Shown piece by piece: positions 21,999 through 34,413 of a stretch of DNA of 64,000 bases (within the stretch, counting starts at the first letter, position 1; each line of letters opens with the position of its first letter). This DNA comes from Opitutales bacterium (GTDB lineage: Bacteria; Verrucomicrobiota; Verrucomicrobiia; Opitutales; UBA2987). The stretch is from the NCBI GenBank assembly GCA_965226885.1, contig CBDDEL010000016.1, positions 448,001 to 512,000 of the forward strand, read 5' to 3'. The notes beneath the pieces were generated by a model, which did not search any database, was not told the DNA's origin, and saw nothing but the letters and a program-made list of their open reading frames with translations. The position numbers and the translations under genes are program-made.

Positions 21999-24678
21999 TG
22001 AAATGGACGGGGAAAACTGGACAGTGGAATAAGGTGGTCTTGAACCACTAAATCCGCTAACCTATGAATGTTATTAAATCACGAAAGAGAAGACAATACA
22101 GTGCTGAGTTTAAAGCCCGAGTGGCCCTGGAAGCCATCAGGGGCGCTCATACCATCAACGAGATCGCCGGTCGTTTTGAGGTGCATCCCAACCAGGTGAC
22201 CCAATGGAAGAAGCAGCTTTTGCAGGGAGCAACGGAGCTGTTTTCGCGCCAGCGGCAGACTCTCAGCAAGGACAACGAGACGGAAAAAGATCACCTTTAC
22301 CAGGAGATTGGAAAGCTGAAAGTAGAATGCGATTGGCTAAAAAAAAAGTCTGAACAATTCGGTTGGTGAGAGGCGCAAGATGGTGCAACCACTTCAAGGA
22401 AAAATCAGTATCGGCAGGCAATGTCAGTTGCTGGGGCTGGCCCGCGGCAGCTATTACTATCGGGCCCGTGCCCAGTGCGAGCAGAACGTTCTCTACATGC
22501 ATCGCATGGATGAGCTCTACACCCAATATCCGTTTTTTGGTTCTCGCCGGATGACCCAGTGGCTGCGTCGAGAGGGCCATGCAGTGGGACGAGGCCGCAT
22601 CCAGCGGCTCATGCGCCAAATGGGCCTGGAGGCTATTTATCCGCGTCGAAACTTGAGCCAGGGGCACCGGCAGCACCGCATTTTCCCTTATCTGCTGCGG
22701 GGTTTGGCGGTCGAGCGGCCCGACCAGGTATGGTGCAGCGACATCACTTACCTGCGGCTGAGCCGAGGATTCCTTGATGTGCACTGGAAAAAGTGGACAC
22801 GAGATTCTCCTAAATGGAGAATCGAAGCATGGGAAGAAGACGCATGGGAAGAAGACGCTTTAGTATAGAGTTCAAAAATGAGGCAGTTCAACTGATGATA
22901 CTCGATGGTCTGAGCGCCACCGAGGTATCGACCAAACTTGGGGTCAACACCAACCAATTGTATAGGTGGAAGAGGCTCTATCTGGACGATCAGCAGGGCG
23001 AAGCCACCTCAAAGCGACAGAGCAGTCCGAAGGAGATGGCGGCCGAGATAGATCGTCTTCGCAAAGAGCTGCGCCGCTCGGAGCGGATCAACCAGATACT
23101 AAAAAAAACGGTGGGCTACTTTGCCAAGGACGAACAATGAAGTACCAGTTTGTCAAAGACAACGAGGGGCGCTTCAAGATCGAGGAAATATGCTCGGCGA
23201 TGGGGATTTGTCGCAGTGGCTATTACTGCTGGAGGCACCGAGCGCCCTCGGCCCGGCGGATCGAGGACGAGGGAATCAAGGGGGCGATCCTGAAGGTACA
23301 CAAAGAGGCCAAGGGCCGCTATGGGCATCGGCCAATGCACCGCCATCTGAAGGATGATGAGGGCATCGATTGCGGCCGTGACCGGGCTCTGCGTCTGATG
23401 CGTGAAATGGGAATCAAAAGCACCCAGAGTAAACGCTTTAAGCCATTAAAAACCAACAGTAACCATCCCTATGGTTACAGCCCCAATGTGCTTAAAAAGC
23501 ATGGCCAGCCGACCCATATCGACGAGGTCTGGGTGGCGGACACGACCTACCTACGGACCCTGGCCGGTTGGATGTACTTGGCCACGGTGATGGACCTGTT
23601 CAGCCGACGCCTGCTGGGCTGGAGCGTTTCCAACCACAACGACGCGAAGCTGGTTGGCAAGGCCCTCAAAGCCGCGGCCATGACCCGCGGCACACTGCGC
23701 ACCGGGATTATTCATCACAGCGATCGGGGCAGCCCCTACGCCAGCGACGACTATCAGAGGCTGGTCTCTGAACTAGGCATGAAGCCGAGCATGAGCGCCC
23801 AAGGCAACTGCTACGACAACGCGGCCATGGAATCGTTCTACGGCCGCTTCAAGACCAGCACGATTCGAGGCCGCCACTTTGCCGACGAGCGCGAACTGCG
23901 ATCAACTGTCTTCGAATACGTGGAAATCTTCTACAACCGATATCGCAAACATTCCTCTCTGAGTTACCAAAGCCCAGTCCAATTCGAGGAAAATATTTGC
24001 CCCCCATGGGGGGCAACGAGAAAACAAAACCCTTTACCAAAACAAGCCGCCTGACACACTAATCAATAAACAATGAATATAAGAGAATCCCGTGTCCAAC
24101 AAATCCAGTACACGTCATCCTTTTCTTGACCGTGGTGTTGGACTGGTTCAGCCGCTACGTGTTGAGCTGGCAGCTTTCCAGCACCCTGGAGAGCCGCTTC
24201 TGTGTGCTCGCCCTGGAGGAAGCTCTGAGGCGGGCCCAACCTCAAATCTTCAACACCGATCAAGGCAGCCAGTTTACCGGCAGCGAGTTCACCTCGGTGC
24301 TGGGGCAAGCCGGGGTGCGCATCAGCATGGACGGGCGTGGCCGCTACCTGGACAACATATTTGTTGAACGCTTTTGGAGAACCCTCAAGTATGAAGACAT
24401 TTACCTGCGCGAATACGCCACGGCAAAGGAAGCCAGCGAAGGGATAGCCCGCTACCTGGACTTCTACAACCACCTGCGCCCCCACCAAGCCCTGGGCTAC
24501 CGGACCCCGGCCGAAGTCCATGCAATCGGAGCAAAACCAACCTCCCCGCCAATACAGCTTGCGGGCACCTGCGTGCCCGTCTTTGGCTAAGGACAAAATA
24601 TATTTTTAAAAAATAATATGAACACGATTTCCACCTTAATCCCACGTCAAAATTGTCCAAACAACCCCGTCCACTTCA
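21999..24678 (+). mobile_element. IS3-family type A, copy 3, interrupted by IS3-type B
   Basis: Type A ends; TSD GTG; orfB split at 22774/24118. Confidence 0.93.
22775..24117 (+). mobile_element. IS3-family element type B, copy 1
   Basis: Ends TGATGTGCACTGGA / TCCAGTACACGTCA; TSD TCCT; orfA to 23140, orfB to 24054 (WVADTTY, HSDRGSPY, CYDNAAMESF); private 15-bp duplication at 22827-22856. Confidence 0.95.
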
Positions 24679-24832
24679 GTGGTAATGCAATTAGAGTTCA
24701 TGGTATTTAGTATTAAGCAATTAGTTGAATTGGGTAGAAAGTGTCAAAAAATCCAATTTTTGTCTCGATATACTGCCTCATTTGCCTGTCTTTGGCAAAT
24801 CTGATTTTTAATGAATGCCCAGTCGCGGTTTC

Positions 24833-27346
24833 TTAATTCTTTGGCTGGCCGGAGGGTTTTAGAGTGATCAATTCGCTGAGGGAACTAAAATGGTCTTCCA
24901 GATGGGACACGTCTTTTAAATCGCCTACCACTTGGTTGAATAGATCGCGCTTGGCCGCCTTGAGTTCCTCCATCCTTTCCTCGATGGTGCCTTCTGTAAT
25001 CATCCGGTAAACAAAGACCGGCTTTTTCTGACCGATGCGGTGGACCCGGTCGATGGCCTGCTCTTCCACCGCCGGATTCCACCAGGGGTCGAGCAGGAAA
25101 ACATCATCCGCCGCATGCAGGGTGATTCCAGTGCCCCCGGCCCTCAAACTGATCAGGATGATGCCCGCCCCTTTGGTGGTTTGGAACCCGCTCACTGGTT
25201 TGTCCCGGTCAATCGTTCTTCCGGTCAACGTATAGACGGGGATTTCGGGTAAATTGATCTCAAGACTCTCCTTGACGCGGTTGAGCAAAGACACGAATTG
25301 GCTGAAAATGACGATCTTGTGATTGTTGCTGACACCTTCGGCCACCTTGGTTTGAAGAATATTCAGTTTCCCGCTTTGAGAAAGCCCGGCTGACAGCCAG
25401 GGTAGCAAATCGGGATCGCAACAAGTCTGCCGCAGGCGAGTCAGGAGGGTGAACAGGTTCATGGTTCGCTGGCGTTTTATCTGGGAAAAATCATTCCCCA
25501 GCGTGCTAAGGCCTTCCTCCACCAGCCGGGAATACTCTTGCTCCTGTAATCCGCTGAGCGGGCAAACCATCGGGATTTCCACTTTTGGCGGAAGTTCGCG
25601 GGCCACGTTCTTTTTTGTGCGGCGAAGGACGAATGGGGTGATTTGCCTGCTTAACCTCTTTAAAAAGTCGGCCCCGTCCCGCTCCAGCCCATCACAGAAG
25701 CTTTGGCGTTCGCCTAGTAACCCGGGCATGAGAAAGCGAAACAAGGTCCAAAGGTCGAGATGCCGGTTTTCCAGCGGAGTGCCGGTCAAAATGAGGCGGT
25801 GGCGAGCTGCAATGCCCATGCAGGCCAGGGATACTTTGGCGTCGGGATTCTTGATCAACTGGGCTTCATCGAGAACCGCATAGCCAAAATCGGTTTGCGC
25901 GAGGAGATTTTTCTGGCGGCGCAGTTGGGTATAGCTGGTCAACCAGATAACGGGTTCGGGATAGTTGATAAAATTGTGGCCGCTCCTCAAAATTTCCACT
26001 CTCAACTGTGGAAAATACCGGGCCAGCTCGTTTTTCCATACCGGCACCACGCTGGCCGGACATACCACCAGGTGCCGTTTTCCGGGCAGGGGCCGACAGA
26101 CCATCAATGCGGCCACCTGCAAGGTTTTCCCCAAACCCATCTCATCAGCCAACAAGGCATGGCAGTCTTTATCGCAGAGATTGGCCAGCCAGCGTACTCC
26201 CTGCCGTTGATAAGGGCGCAGGATGTCAGGCAATCCATTGACTGAAGATATAGGTTGGAGGACCGAATCGCGCCATTTTTTGAGCACGGCAGACATTTTT
26301 ACCGGCAGGCTGTTCTGTCCGAATAGTGAAAAAAGCATATAGGTGGGCAGGCAGCCATTTTTCTGCCGAAGTTGCAGGGCGCGCCAATCTTCAAGGATGG
26401 GGGCCTGAACACGGTCCACCCGAACCATTCCGTAACCCGGTAAAATCACTGTGTTTCCCCTACGACCCAGCAGCTTTTCCGCCAGTGAATGATCCACAAT
26501 GCGCTTATCCAGTTTGAGTATCCAGCGAAGGGAAAAGACGCCATTATCTACGTCCGCTGCCGCTTCCACCTTAACAGTTTGCACACCTTTGAGGAGGAGT
26601 ACGGCCGAGTTGTCCATTTCCACCCTGAAGCGGTTTTTCCACAAGGGCAGGTTCTTTTTAAAATACGAGCTTATGCGGTGGGGATCGCGCAATAAAAACC
26701 GGCCTTGGCGGGAACTGTATTCAAACCCGCACTGGCGAGCCAATCCGGTCAGCCGGATCAGCTTTTCCCTCTCTCCCAGATTCAGGTTGCCACCACGGCG
26801 TTTGTGCCGGGAAAGGGCCTGAATTGATTTTTCTCCGTGCTTTTGCCAGTGAGCCTCGAAGACCAGACCTTGCTCCGACGACCTGAATTTGACCACCAAA
26901 TTCCGGATATTTTCGGTGGGAGTGGATTCTCCAGCATCAGATTCCAAAAGCCGTTGAGGGGTTTGTTTCCCTGAGTCAGAATCCAGCTCTTCGCATGGAA
27001 CGGGCAATATTTCGTCCCCTACCAACTCTTCGATTTCGTAAAGACCGGCGGCTGCCAGACAACGGCCAAAGTGACGATCCTTAGTGGAAGTCCGCACATT
27101 GGGATGCCCGTTTTCCCATTCTATGGTGGAGTATAAACCCAGTTTTCCCCGGCCGCAATGGATGATGGCATCGATAGGACTCAGTTCCAGTTCACGAATT
27201 TCTCCCTCCCGATAGAGTTCCCGGGCGGATTTTAAAACCGAATCGCTAAAATGATGTTCCCAAGTGGAAGAGAGCCTCTCAAACCAAGATTCGAGCGCCT
27301 TGTGGGTATAAATTCTTTTGGGTGTCCGGTAACTATTTGGTGGCAC
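24833..27346 (-). CDS. SNF2-family (SWI2/SNF2) helicase/ATPase
   Basis: LADEMGLGKT, LDEAQ, LTGTPLEN, DPWWNPAVEEQAIDRVHRIGQ. Confidence 0.92.
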   Translation of the reverse strand: MPPNSYRTPKRIYTHKALESWFERLSSTWEHHFSDSVLKSARELYREGEIRELELSPIDAIIHCGRGKLGLYSTIEWENGHPNVRTSTKDRHFGRCLAAAGLYEIEELVGDEILPVPCEELDSDSGKQTPQRLLESDAGESTPTENIRNLVVKFRSSEQGLVFEAHWQKHGEKSIQALSRHKRRGGNLNLGEREKLIRLTGLARQCGFEYSSRQGRFLLRDPHRISSYFKKNLPLWKNRFRVEMDNSAVLLLKGVQTVKVEAAADVDNGVFSLRWILKLDKRIVDHSLAEKLLGRRGNTVILPGYGMVRVDRVQAPILEDWRALQLRQKNGCLPTYMLFSLFGQNSLPVKMSAVLKKWRDSVLQPISSVNGLPDILRPYQRQGVRWLANLCDKDCHALLADEMGLGKTLQVAALMVCRPLPGKRHLVVCPASVVPVWKNELARYFPQLRVEILRSGHNFINYPEPVIWLTSYTQLRRQKNLLAQTDFGYAVLDEAQLIKNPDAKVSLACMGIAARHRLILTGTPLENRHLDLWTLFRFLMPGLLGERQSFCDGLERDGADFLKRLSRQITPFVLRRTKKNVARELPPKVEIPMVCPLSGLQEQEYSRLVEEGLSTLGNDFSQIKRQRTMNLFTLLTRLRQTCCDPDLLPWLSAGLSQSGKLNILQTKVAEGVSNNHKIVIFSQFVSLLNRVKESLEINLPEIPVYTLTGRTIDRDKPVSGFQTTKGAGIILISLRAGGTGITLHAADDVFLLDPWWNPAVEEQAIDRVHRIGQKKPVFVYRMITEGTIEERMEELKAAKRDLFNQVVGDLKDVSHLEDHFSSLSELITLKPSGQPKN

Positions 27347-27507
27347 AGCGATCTATCCTCAAAAAAAGAGTTGAATCTACAGATTATGCTCAAGTCGCGC
27401 AAGGCATATTCGCAAACCTGGATGGAAAAAATATAAAGAAAACCCCGTTAAATTTAGCCAGCAGCCATCATAGGGCGCGCTAATTACTTTATATCACTAC
27501 TTTATAT

Positions 27508-30170
27508 CACTAGTGTCCAGTTAAAAGCCCTTGAGCATCAACTGGTTGTGTAATGCTAAGTTTGGCTTTCTTGTTTCGAACTTTGCAAGTAGTTGATATA
27601 CAGGATCTTTTTGAAAGACGTTCACACTCAAAACTTGCAGAATCCGACTCAGACTTTCAGTGACTCCATGCACTTTTTTCAAACAGGCGACCATGAGATA
27701 AACGCATATGGCTACCCAAATTTGGGTCTTCACGGCGTTTTCGGTGGTGCCGTAGAAAGCCTTGATGCGGAGGTTTTGCTTGATCCACTTAAAGAACAGC
27801 TCAATGCGCCAGCAGAACAGCTCAATGCGCCAGCGGCTTTTGTAAATGGCCGCGATAGTCAAGGCGGGCAAGGTGAAGTTGTTGGTGAGGAAGACCAGCC
27901 TCTGGCCAGTTGCGCCATCGCGGTAGCGAATGCGCCGGAGCTTGCCGGGGTATTGGCTTTTGCTTTTGGCGACTTTCAATCCGATGATCTGGTCGCAACT
28001 GATTCCGCTGGATCGGTCCACGGGTTGGGAAGCACTAACGTAAAAACTCATATTGCTTTTGGCGCGGGTGACGAAGAAGGCAGCAGCCAAATGGATGCGA
28101 AAGAGCCGCTGAAAATCGACGTAACCACGATCCATTACGTAAATGCTTGCGGGTTCAAAAGCCAGTTCATCAAGGATGTTCACGTCATGCACGCTTGCGT
28201 CTGTAATACTGATGAATATAGGGATGGAGCCACGCAAGTCCATCATCGTATGCAGTTTGATGGCCGCCTTGGTGCGGCGAAATGTTGCCCACGAAAACAA
28301 CGACAGGCACAGGTCTATGGTCGAGGCATCCAGGGCATAAACCATCTCGTCTACATTCAATCCAATCGCGTCTTGGGCATACAAACGGCGCGCCTTGGCG
28401 ATGAGCACTTGAGCCAATGCTTCGTAAAGGCGCCAGTTGCGATGCTCGTTGGCGTAGGCCAAGTTCGTGCGTGTCACATTGCCCCGGATTCCCATCGCAT
28501 ACAAGTGAGGACTTCCCCGCAGACACGCCTCGATGTCACGCAAACTCTCACGGAATGTCATTTGCGCAATGATGTGCACTGGAAAAAGTGGACACGAGAT
28601 TCTCCTAAATGGAGAATCGAAGCATGGGAAGAAGACGCTTTAGTATAGAGTTCAAAAATGAGGCAGTTCAACTGATGATACTCGATGGTCTGAGCGCCAC
28701 CGAGGTATCGACCAAACTTGGGGTCAACACCAACCAATTGTATAGGTGGAAGAGGCTCTATCTGGACGATCAGCAGGGCGAAGCCACCTCAAAGCGACAG
28801 AGCAGTCCGAAGGAGATGGCGGCCGAGATAGATCGTCTTCGCAAAGAGCTGCGCCGCTCGGAGCGGATCAACCAGATACTAAAAAAAACGGTGGGCTACT
28901 TTGCCAAGGACGAACAATGAAGTACCAGTTTGTCAAAGACAACGAGGGGCGCTTCAAGATCGAGGAAATATGCTCGGCGATGGGGATTTGTCGCAGTGGC
29001 TATTACTGCTGGAGGCACCGAGCGCCCTCGGCCCGGCGGATCGAGGACGAGGGAATCAAGGGGGCGATCCTGAAGGTACACAAAGAGGCCAAGGGCCGCT
29101 ATGGGCATCGGCCAATGCACCGCCATCTGAAGGATGATGAGGGCATCGATTGCGGCCGTGACCGGGCTCTGCGTCTGATGCGTGAAATGGGAATCAAAAG
29201 CACCCAGAGTAAACGCTTTAAGCCATTAAAAACCAACAGTAACCATCCCTATGGTTACAGCCCCAATGTGCTTAAAAAGCATGGCCAGCCGACCCATATC
29301 GACGAGGTCTGGGTGGCGGACACGACCTACCTACGGACCCTGGCCGGGTGGATGTACTTGGCCACGGTGATGGACCTGTTCAGCCGACGCCTGCTGGGCT
29401 GGAGCGTTTCCAACCACAACGACGCGAAGCTGGTTGGCAAGGCCCTCAAAGCCGCGGCCATGACCCGCGGCACACTGCGCACCGGGATTATTCATCACAG
29501 CGATCGGGGCAGCCCCTACGCCAGCGACGACTATCAGAGGCTGGTCTCTGAACTAGGCATGAAGCCGAGCATGAGCGCCCAAGGCAACTGCTACGACAAC
29601 GCGGCCATGGAATCGTTCTACGGCCGCTTCAAGACCAGCACGATTCGAGGCCGCCACTTTGCCGACGAGCGCGAACTGCGATCAACTGTCTTCGAATACG
29701 TGGAAATCTTCTACAACCGATATCGCAAACATTCCTCTCTGAGTTACCAAAGCCCAGTCCAATTCGAGGAAAATATTTGCCCCCCATGGGGGGCAACGAG
29801 AAAACAAAACCCTTTACCAAAACAAGCCGCCTGACACACTAATCAATAAACAATGAATATAAGAGAATCCCGTGTCCAACAAATCCAGTACACGTCAGCA
29901 AAGGCCATGCTCAAGAACTGATCACGGGCACTGAAACTACGACTGGTTCTTGGCATGGGATAAAGACTAACGCAGCGTTCGAACTGTTCGCGATGGAGCA
30001 AATCCATCGCCTGCGTGAATGCAAGGCGGCCTTCGTTCATGCTGCCCAGTCTCAAAAAGGGTGCGGAAAGCGCCAGCTAACTTCAAATGCGTCACATCCA
30101 TGTGGCTACTCAACAAACACATCATCAACGAAATACGACTTTAGACTGGCCGCTTAACTGGACACTAGTG
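27508..30170 (-). mobile_element. IS4-family element interrupted by IS3-type B
   Basis: 17-bp IRs CACTAGTGTCCAGTTAA; 9-bp TSD ACTTTATAT; transposase MNEGRLAF...MAFA|QMTFRESLRDIE...YKSRWRIELF; in-frame 21-bp duplication at 27793-27834. Confidence 0.92.
28570..29897 (+). mobile_element. IS3-family type B, copy 2
   Basis: Near-identical to 22775-24117; TSD GCAA. Confidence 0.95.
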
Positions 30171-30265
30171 ACTTTATATGATGAATTTGAGGTGGCCTTT
30201 CCATCCAACACCTCTAGGCTCTGTTTGTAATTTCGTAATACTTTTAAATTTATTTAGGCCCCTAG

Positions 30266-31858
30266 CCCGGATATTTCATGAAGGGTAAAGTTTGGCTCGT
30301 AAGGGTAAAGTTTGGCTCGTTATTGCTATTGGAGATGGAGATGGATTTCTTTGTATTTTGGGCGGATCGTCTTGATTTTGAGGTGTTTTTCAGGGTGTAG
30401 AGACACTTCCCCCTTTCCCCCATTGGTTCGGTAGCGCCGGGGGCAGCGCCAATGCGCCCTTTAGGTTGGCACCAACCGGCGGGCCGCATGGTTGAAAAGA
30501 CTGGCCCATGGATAACTTTCACTTAGATGAAAGTGAATCGTTCGGGTGTTGCGCACGATTACCGCTCCGATCTTGATTAATTTTAGCCGTAGACTGTGGC
30601 ATTGGAGCCGCGCCCACTTCGTCCCTTTTAATGCGAACCGGCGCAAGGCTTCCATCAAGGTGTAGGCCAGCCCCGACAAGAGCAATCGCCACTGGTTGGC
30701 CCACCATTTATGCGCGCTGGTGTGTTCGCTGAACAATTGCATCTGTTCCTTGATCCGGTTCTCCATCTCACCGCGGCCACAGTATACTTTGTCGTAAAGC
30801 TCTTGGGGATCGCCCTGCAGGTTCGTCACCACGAAGCGCGGGTTGGACCCCTGTGCGGTGTGTTCGGCTTTGTGGATGATAAGGCGTTGGCGCCGCCACG
30901 ATTTTGGCCCATACTCGAAGTGCTGAAACAGCCGTTGCTTTTTGCCGCTACCCTCGAACCATTGTTTGGCTTGCTCCTGCAACTGCCGGGCCGCTTGCTG
31001 CAAGCGTGCATGGCGGGCCGTTCCCACTATAAAATAAACCTCGTTGCGCTCGCACCACGAGAGAATCCGATCCCGGCAGAATCCGCTGTCGGCACGCCAA
31101 ATAATCCGCGTATGGGGCCAGCTTTGGCGAATCCGTTTAACCAGCAATTTGAGGATGGCCCCGGCATGCTTGCTCGCATCGATCTTGCTGGGCCGCAGGT
31201 AGGCCACCAGAAGCTGATCGCCGCAAAAAACATACAGCGGCAAAAAACAGTAATGATCATAATAACCGTGGAAAAAACGTCCCTCCTGGAGCCCGTGCAC
31301 CGGATTGTCGGTGGCGTCAAAGTCTAGGATGATCTCTTCGGGTTCCTCGGCAAAGGATCCGATGAACTGTTCGACCAGCAACTCGTTCAGGGCAAAGGCT
31401 GCCCGCCGATCCTGCCCGTTTTCAAAACGACACAAAGTCGGCGCGCTGGCCAACGCTTCAGTGCGCCCCGTTACCGTTTGCAACAAAGGATCGCGGCGCA
31501 GGGTGTCAAAGTCGTTCAAATCCTCATAGCCCGCCACCAGCCCGTAAACGCGCTGCCGGATCATGGCCAGCATCTCATGGCGCACTTTGCCCTTCTGCCG
31601 TTTGTCTACTAATTGCCGGGCCGCTTGCTCGGTCAAGCCCAACCGCCGATCCACTTCCCGGATCAAAAGCAGCCCGGCATCCGAAGTAACCTCACCGCCC
31701 TTAAAATCAACCCGCACACGGCGGCCTTTTACCCTTGTCAACTGTAGTTCTAATTGTTTACTTTTTGTCATCGCTGATATTGCTTTAATGTTTAATCTAT
31801 CCTGCTGTATATCAGCAGATAAGCATATCAGCGATACTTTTTTTATGAAATTTCCGGG
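30266..31858 (-). mobile_element. IS1380-family element, diverged isoform with intact transposase (30461-31771)
   Basis: CCCGGA IRs; CTAG TSD; 436-aa transposase with LDFDATD, RADSGF and RGEMENRIKE. Confidence 0.93.
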
Positions 31859-31878
31859 CTAGCGCTGCCACCCCGCAA

Positions 31879-32601
31879 ATGCCACCTTCTTCTACCAGTC
31901 AAAAGACGGAATTAATCATTTACAAATTTACCCTGGAAAACGGGGAAGTTCACAGTTTTGAGGTAAATGTTTATAGAGAGAGCCCGCGCCCACGCGATGA
32001 CAGGGCGGAGTGGACACGGCTCGGTTATCATCAGTGCACGAATTGCCCTTTGAGCAAAGAGGAGCATAGATATTGCCCGGTGGCTGTGGACATCGAGGAG
32101 GTGGCCGAACGTTTCAAAGATATTTTATCCTATGAACAGGCCACAGTGCGGGTATTGTCCAAAGAGAGGGAATACCTGAAAAAATGCGATATTCAAACCG
32201 GTCTTAAATCGCTGTTAGGGCTTATTATGGCTTCCAGCCGCTGCCCCACCCTTTCCCAGTTCAAACCCATGGCCATCCATCACCTGCCCTTCGCCAATAT
32301 CGATGAGACCATCTACCGGGTAAGCGGCGCTTATTTGCTAAAACAGTATTTTCTCAACAAAGAGGGCATCGAGCCGGACCTGAAATTGCTCGGATTGTGG
32401 AAATTTTACCGGGAATTGCAATTGGTCAACAAGGACTTCATGCGCCGCATCCGGGCCGCATCCCAAAGCGACGCCAATTTGAACGCCATAAATATCCTCC
32501 TTTCACTCTCTTCCGTGGTGGCCCTGACCCTTGATGAAAGGCTGGAGGAAATAAAACCTCTATTCTTCGAAGGCCAAAGCGACTTGAAAGCCAACGATTG
32601 A
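31879..32601 (+). CDS. conserved hypothetical protein with Cys motifs (DUF6901-like)
   Basis: WTRLGYHQCTNCPL...CPVA, LLGLIMASSRCP, HHLPFA. Confidence 0.65.
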   Translation: MPPSSTSQKTELIIYKFTLENGEVHSFEVNVYRESPRPRDDRAEWTRLGYHQCTNCPLSKEEHRYCPVAVDIEEVAERFKDILSYEQATVRVLSKEREYLKKCDIQTGLKSLLGLIMASSRCPTLSQFKPMAIHHLPFANIDETIYRVSGAYLLKQYFLNKEGIEPDLKLLGLWKFYRELQLVNKDFMRRIRAASQSDANLNAINILLSLSSVVALTLDERLEEIKPLFFEGQSDLKAND

Positions 32602-32708
32602 CAATCCTCTAAAATCAAAAATCCACTTCTTTTGACTCGCCACCACCACAACCAACGTTTAATCCTGTTTTCCTGTTATTATTGGGTTCAATCTTTTAAT
32701 TGAATATT

Positions 32709-33701
32709 ATGAAAGTATTTTTTTGGGGCACTCGAGGTTCCCTGCCTGCTTCCGTCTGGGCCAGTGATTGCCGGGAAAAGGCATTCAAAACCCTTGAGGC
32801 GGCACGCGGTCTGGACCTCTCCGACAGCGAAGCCATCAATAATTTTATAGATGCCAAGCTGCCATTTTCAGTGTCAGGAACCTACGGCACCAACACCTCC
32901 TGCATCGAAATCTGCAACGACTTGCCCTCCGACGAATACCTCCTGTGCGATGCCGGATCGGGCATTCGCGATTTCGCCCACCAGCACATGGCCAGCGGTA
33001 GAGGGAATACTCCGGCCACTTTTCACATTCTGATGACGCACTTGCACTGGGACCATATTTGCGGGTTTCCTTTTTTCGTGCCCGCCTATATTCCCGGCAA
33101 TCGGTTTATTTTTCATGGTTATCACGAGTCGATTCCCGCTGCCATAAAACACCAAATGGATACTCCGTGTTTTCCCGTTCCATTCAAATTCATGGGTGCC
33201 GATATCGAATTCGACATCATGCCCCCATGCCAGCTCCTTCATCTATGCGGTTTCGACATCACGAGCCTGGAGCAAAATCATCCTGGTAAATCCTATGGCT
33301 ACCGTTTTACCAAAGATGACAAAAGCATCGTCTACTCCACCGATTCCGAACACAAAGAGGACGCTTACGACGAGGATTATCGATTTTTAAAGTTCTTCCA
33401 TGGGGCCGATCTGGTTATTTTTGACGCTCAGTATTCCCTTGCCGAAGCCACTTTTACCAAGGCCGACTGGGGGCACTCCAGCAATGTGCTGGGGGTTGAA
33501 CTGGCGGCCCGTTCCAATGTCAAGCACCTCTGCATGTTCCACAACGAACCGACTGCCACCGATGTGGCGCTGGATGATTTTCTCTTTAATACTAGAATGT
33601 ACAGCGAAATTTATCATAGTGAGCATCAAAGTGACTCCGGGTCCGACAGGTTTCCGCAGAAAGTAAGCCTGGCCTATGACGGACTGGAAATCGAGGTGTA
33701 G
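32709..33701 (+). CDS. MBL-fold metallo-hydrolase
   Basis: WGTRGSLP, CDAGSG, THLHWDHICG, DWGHS. Confidence 0.88.
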   Translation: MKVFFWGTRGSLPASVWASDCREKAFKTLEAARGLDLSDSEAINNFIDAKLPFSVSGTYGTNTSCIEICNDLPSDEYLLCDAGSGIRDFAHQHMASGRGNTPATFHILMTHLHWDHICGFPFFVPAYIPGNRFIFHGYHESIPAAIKHQMDTPCFPVPFKFMGADIEFDIMPPCQLLHLCGFDITSLEQNHPGKSYGYRFTKDDKSIVYSTDSEHKEDAYDEDYRFLKFFHGADLVIFDAQYSLAEATFTKADWGHSSNVLGVELAARSNVKHLCMFHNEPTATDVALDDFLFNTRMYSEIYHSEHQSDSGSDRFPQKVSLAYDGLEIEV

Positions 33702-33744
33702 GGGAAAAAGGAAATATTTTTCAGTTTTTTGGAATAAATCGTGA

Positions 33745-34398
33745 ATGACCGTATGCAACTGGCGGAAAGTGTCAAAAATTGTGGATGAGGCAGAGCGAAA
33801 GAAGGGTTATCCAAATTTCATTTCCAAAGAAGATGTCAACCAGCTGCCCTTGACCCGTTACAAAGGAGAAATCCGTCTGGTTGACAATGAAAGCGCTCTT
33901 GAGAAAGCGGTCCAGTCCCTAGAATGCGAAAAAGTGCTCGGCTTTGACACGGAGACACGCCCTTCCTTCCGTCGCGGTCAATCCTACCCTCTGGCTTTGC
34001 TGCAACTTGCCGGGGCCAAGGTCGTTTATCTCTTCCAGCTTAATTTTCTGGATTCCCTGGACCTTTTGATTCCCCTCCTTTCCGATTCCGGAATCATCAA
34101 AGCAGGGGTAGCCATTCACGACGACATCCGGAAATTACGCGAAATCACCGAGTTTAAACCGGCTGGGTTTCTGGAATTAAGTTCTATTTCCCAAAAACTG
34201 GACATTGTTAATACCGGTTTGCGCAGCCTGTCCGCCATATTCCTGAACACTCGCGTCTCCAAGGGAACCCAAATAACCAACTGGAGCCGGCGGCAACTGA
34301 GCCATGCGCAAATCAATTACGCCGCCACCGACGCCTGGGTAAGCCTCAAGCTGCACCAACGATTCGAGGAGCTCAACTTGTTGGACAACCATAAGTGA
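33745..34398 (+). CDS. DEDD 3'-5' exonuclease (RNase D/WRN-like)
   Basis: GFDTET, LLQLA, QINYAATDAW. Confidence 0.88.
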   Translation: MTVCNWRKVSKIVDEAERKKGYPNFISKEDVNQLPLTRYKGEIRLVDNESALEKAVQSLECEKVLGFDTETRPSFRRGQSYPLALLQLAGAKVVYLFQLNFLDSLDLLIPLLSDSGIIKAGVAIHDDIRKLREITEFKPAGFLELSSISQKLDIVNTGLRSLSAIFLNTRVSKGTQITNWSRRQLSHAQINYAATDAWVSLKLHQRFEELNLLDNHK

Positions 34399-34413
34399 TT
34401 GAGAATGCTGAAT

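Larger units (their letters stand above)
19910..24701 (-). pseudogene. secreted acidic protein with Trp-rich C-terminal domain, multiply disrupted
   Basis: Start MNSNCITT at 24701 joins THWAKILVSSFLLIITGGIHLMAQ across IS3-A; +1 C near 21590; 10-bp duplication 21257-21276; 260-bp duplication; 16-bp duplication 20014-20045; reconstructed end RRFFQRLDNGNLFSVPPDLPTN*. Confidence 0.8.

Noticed and set aside
27593..28648. 351-aa plus-strand ORF
   Set aside because: Antisense to the IS4 transposase and runs into IS3-B
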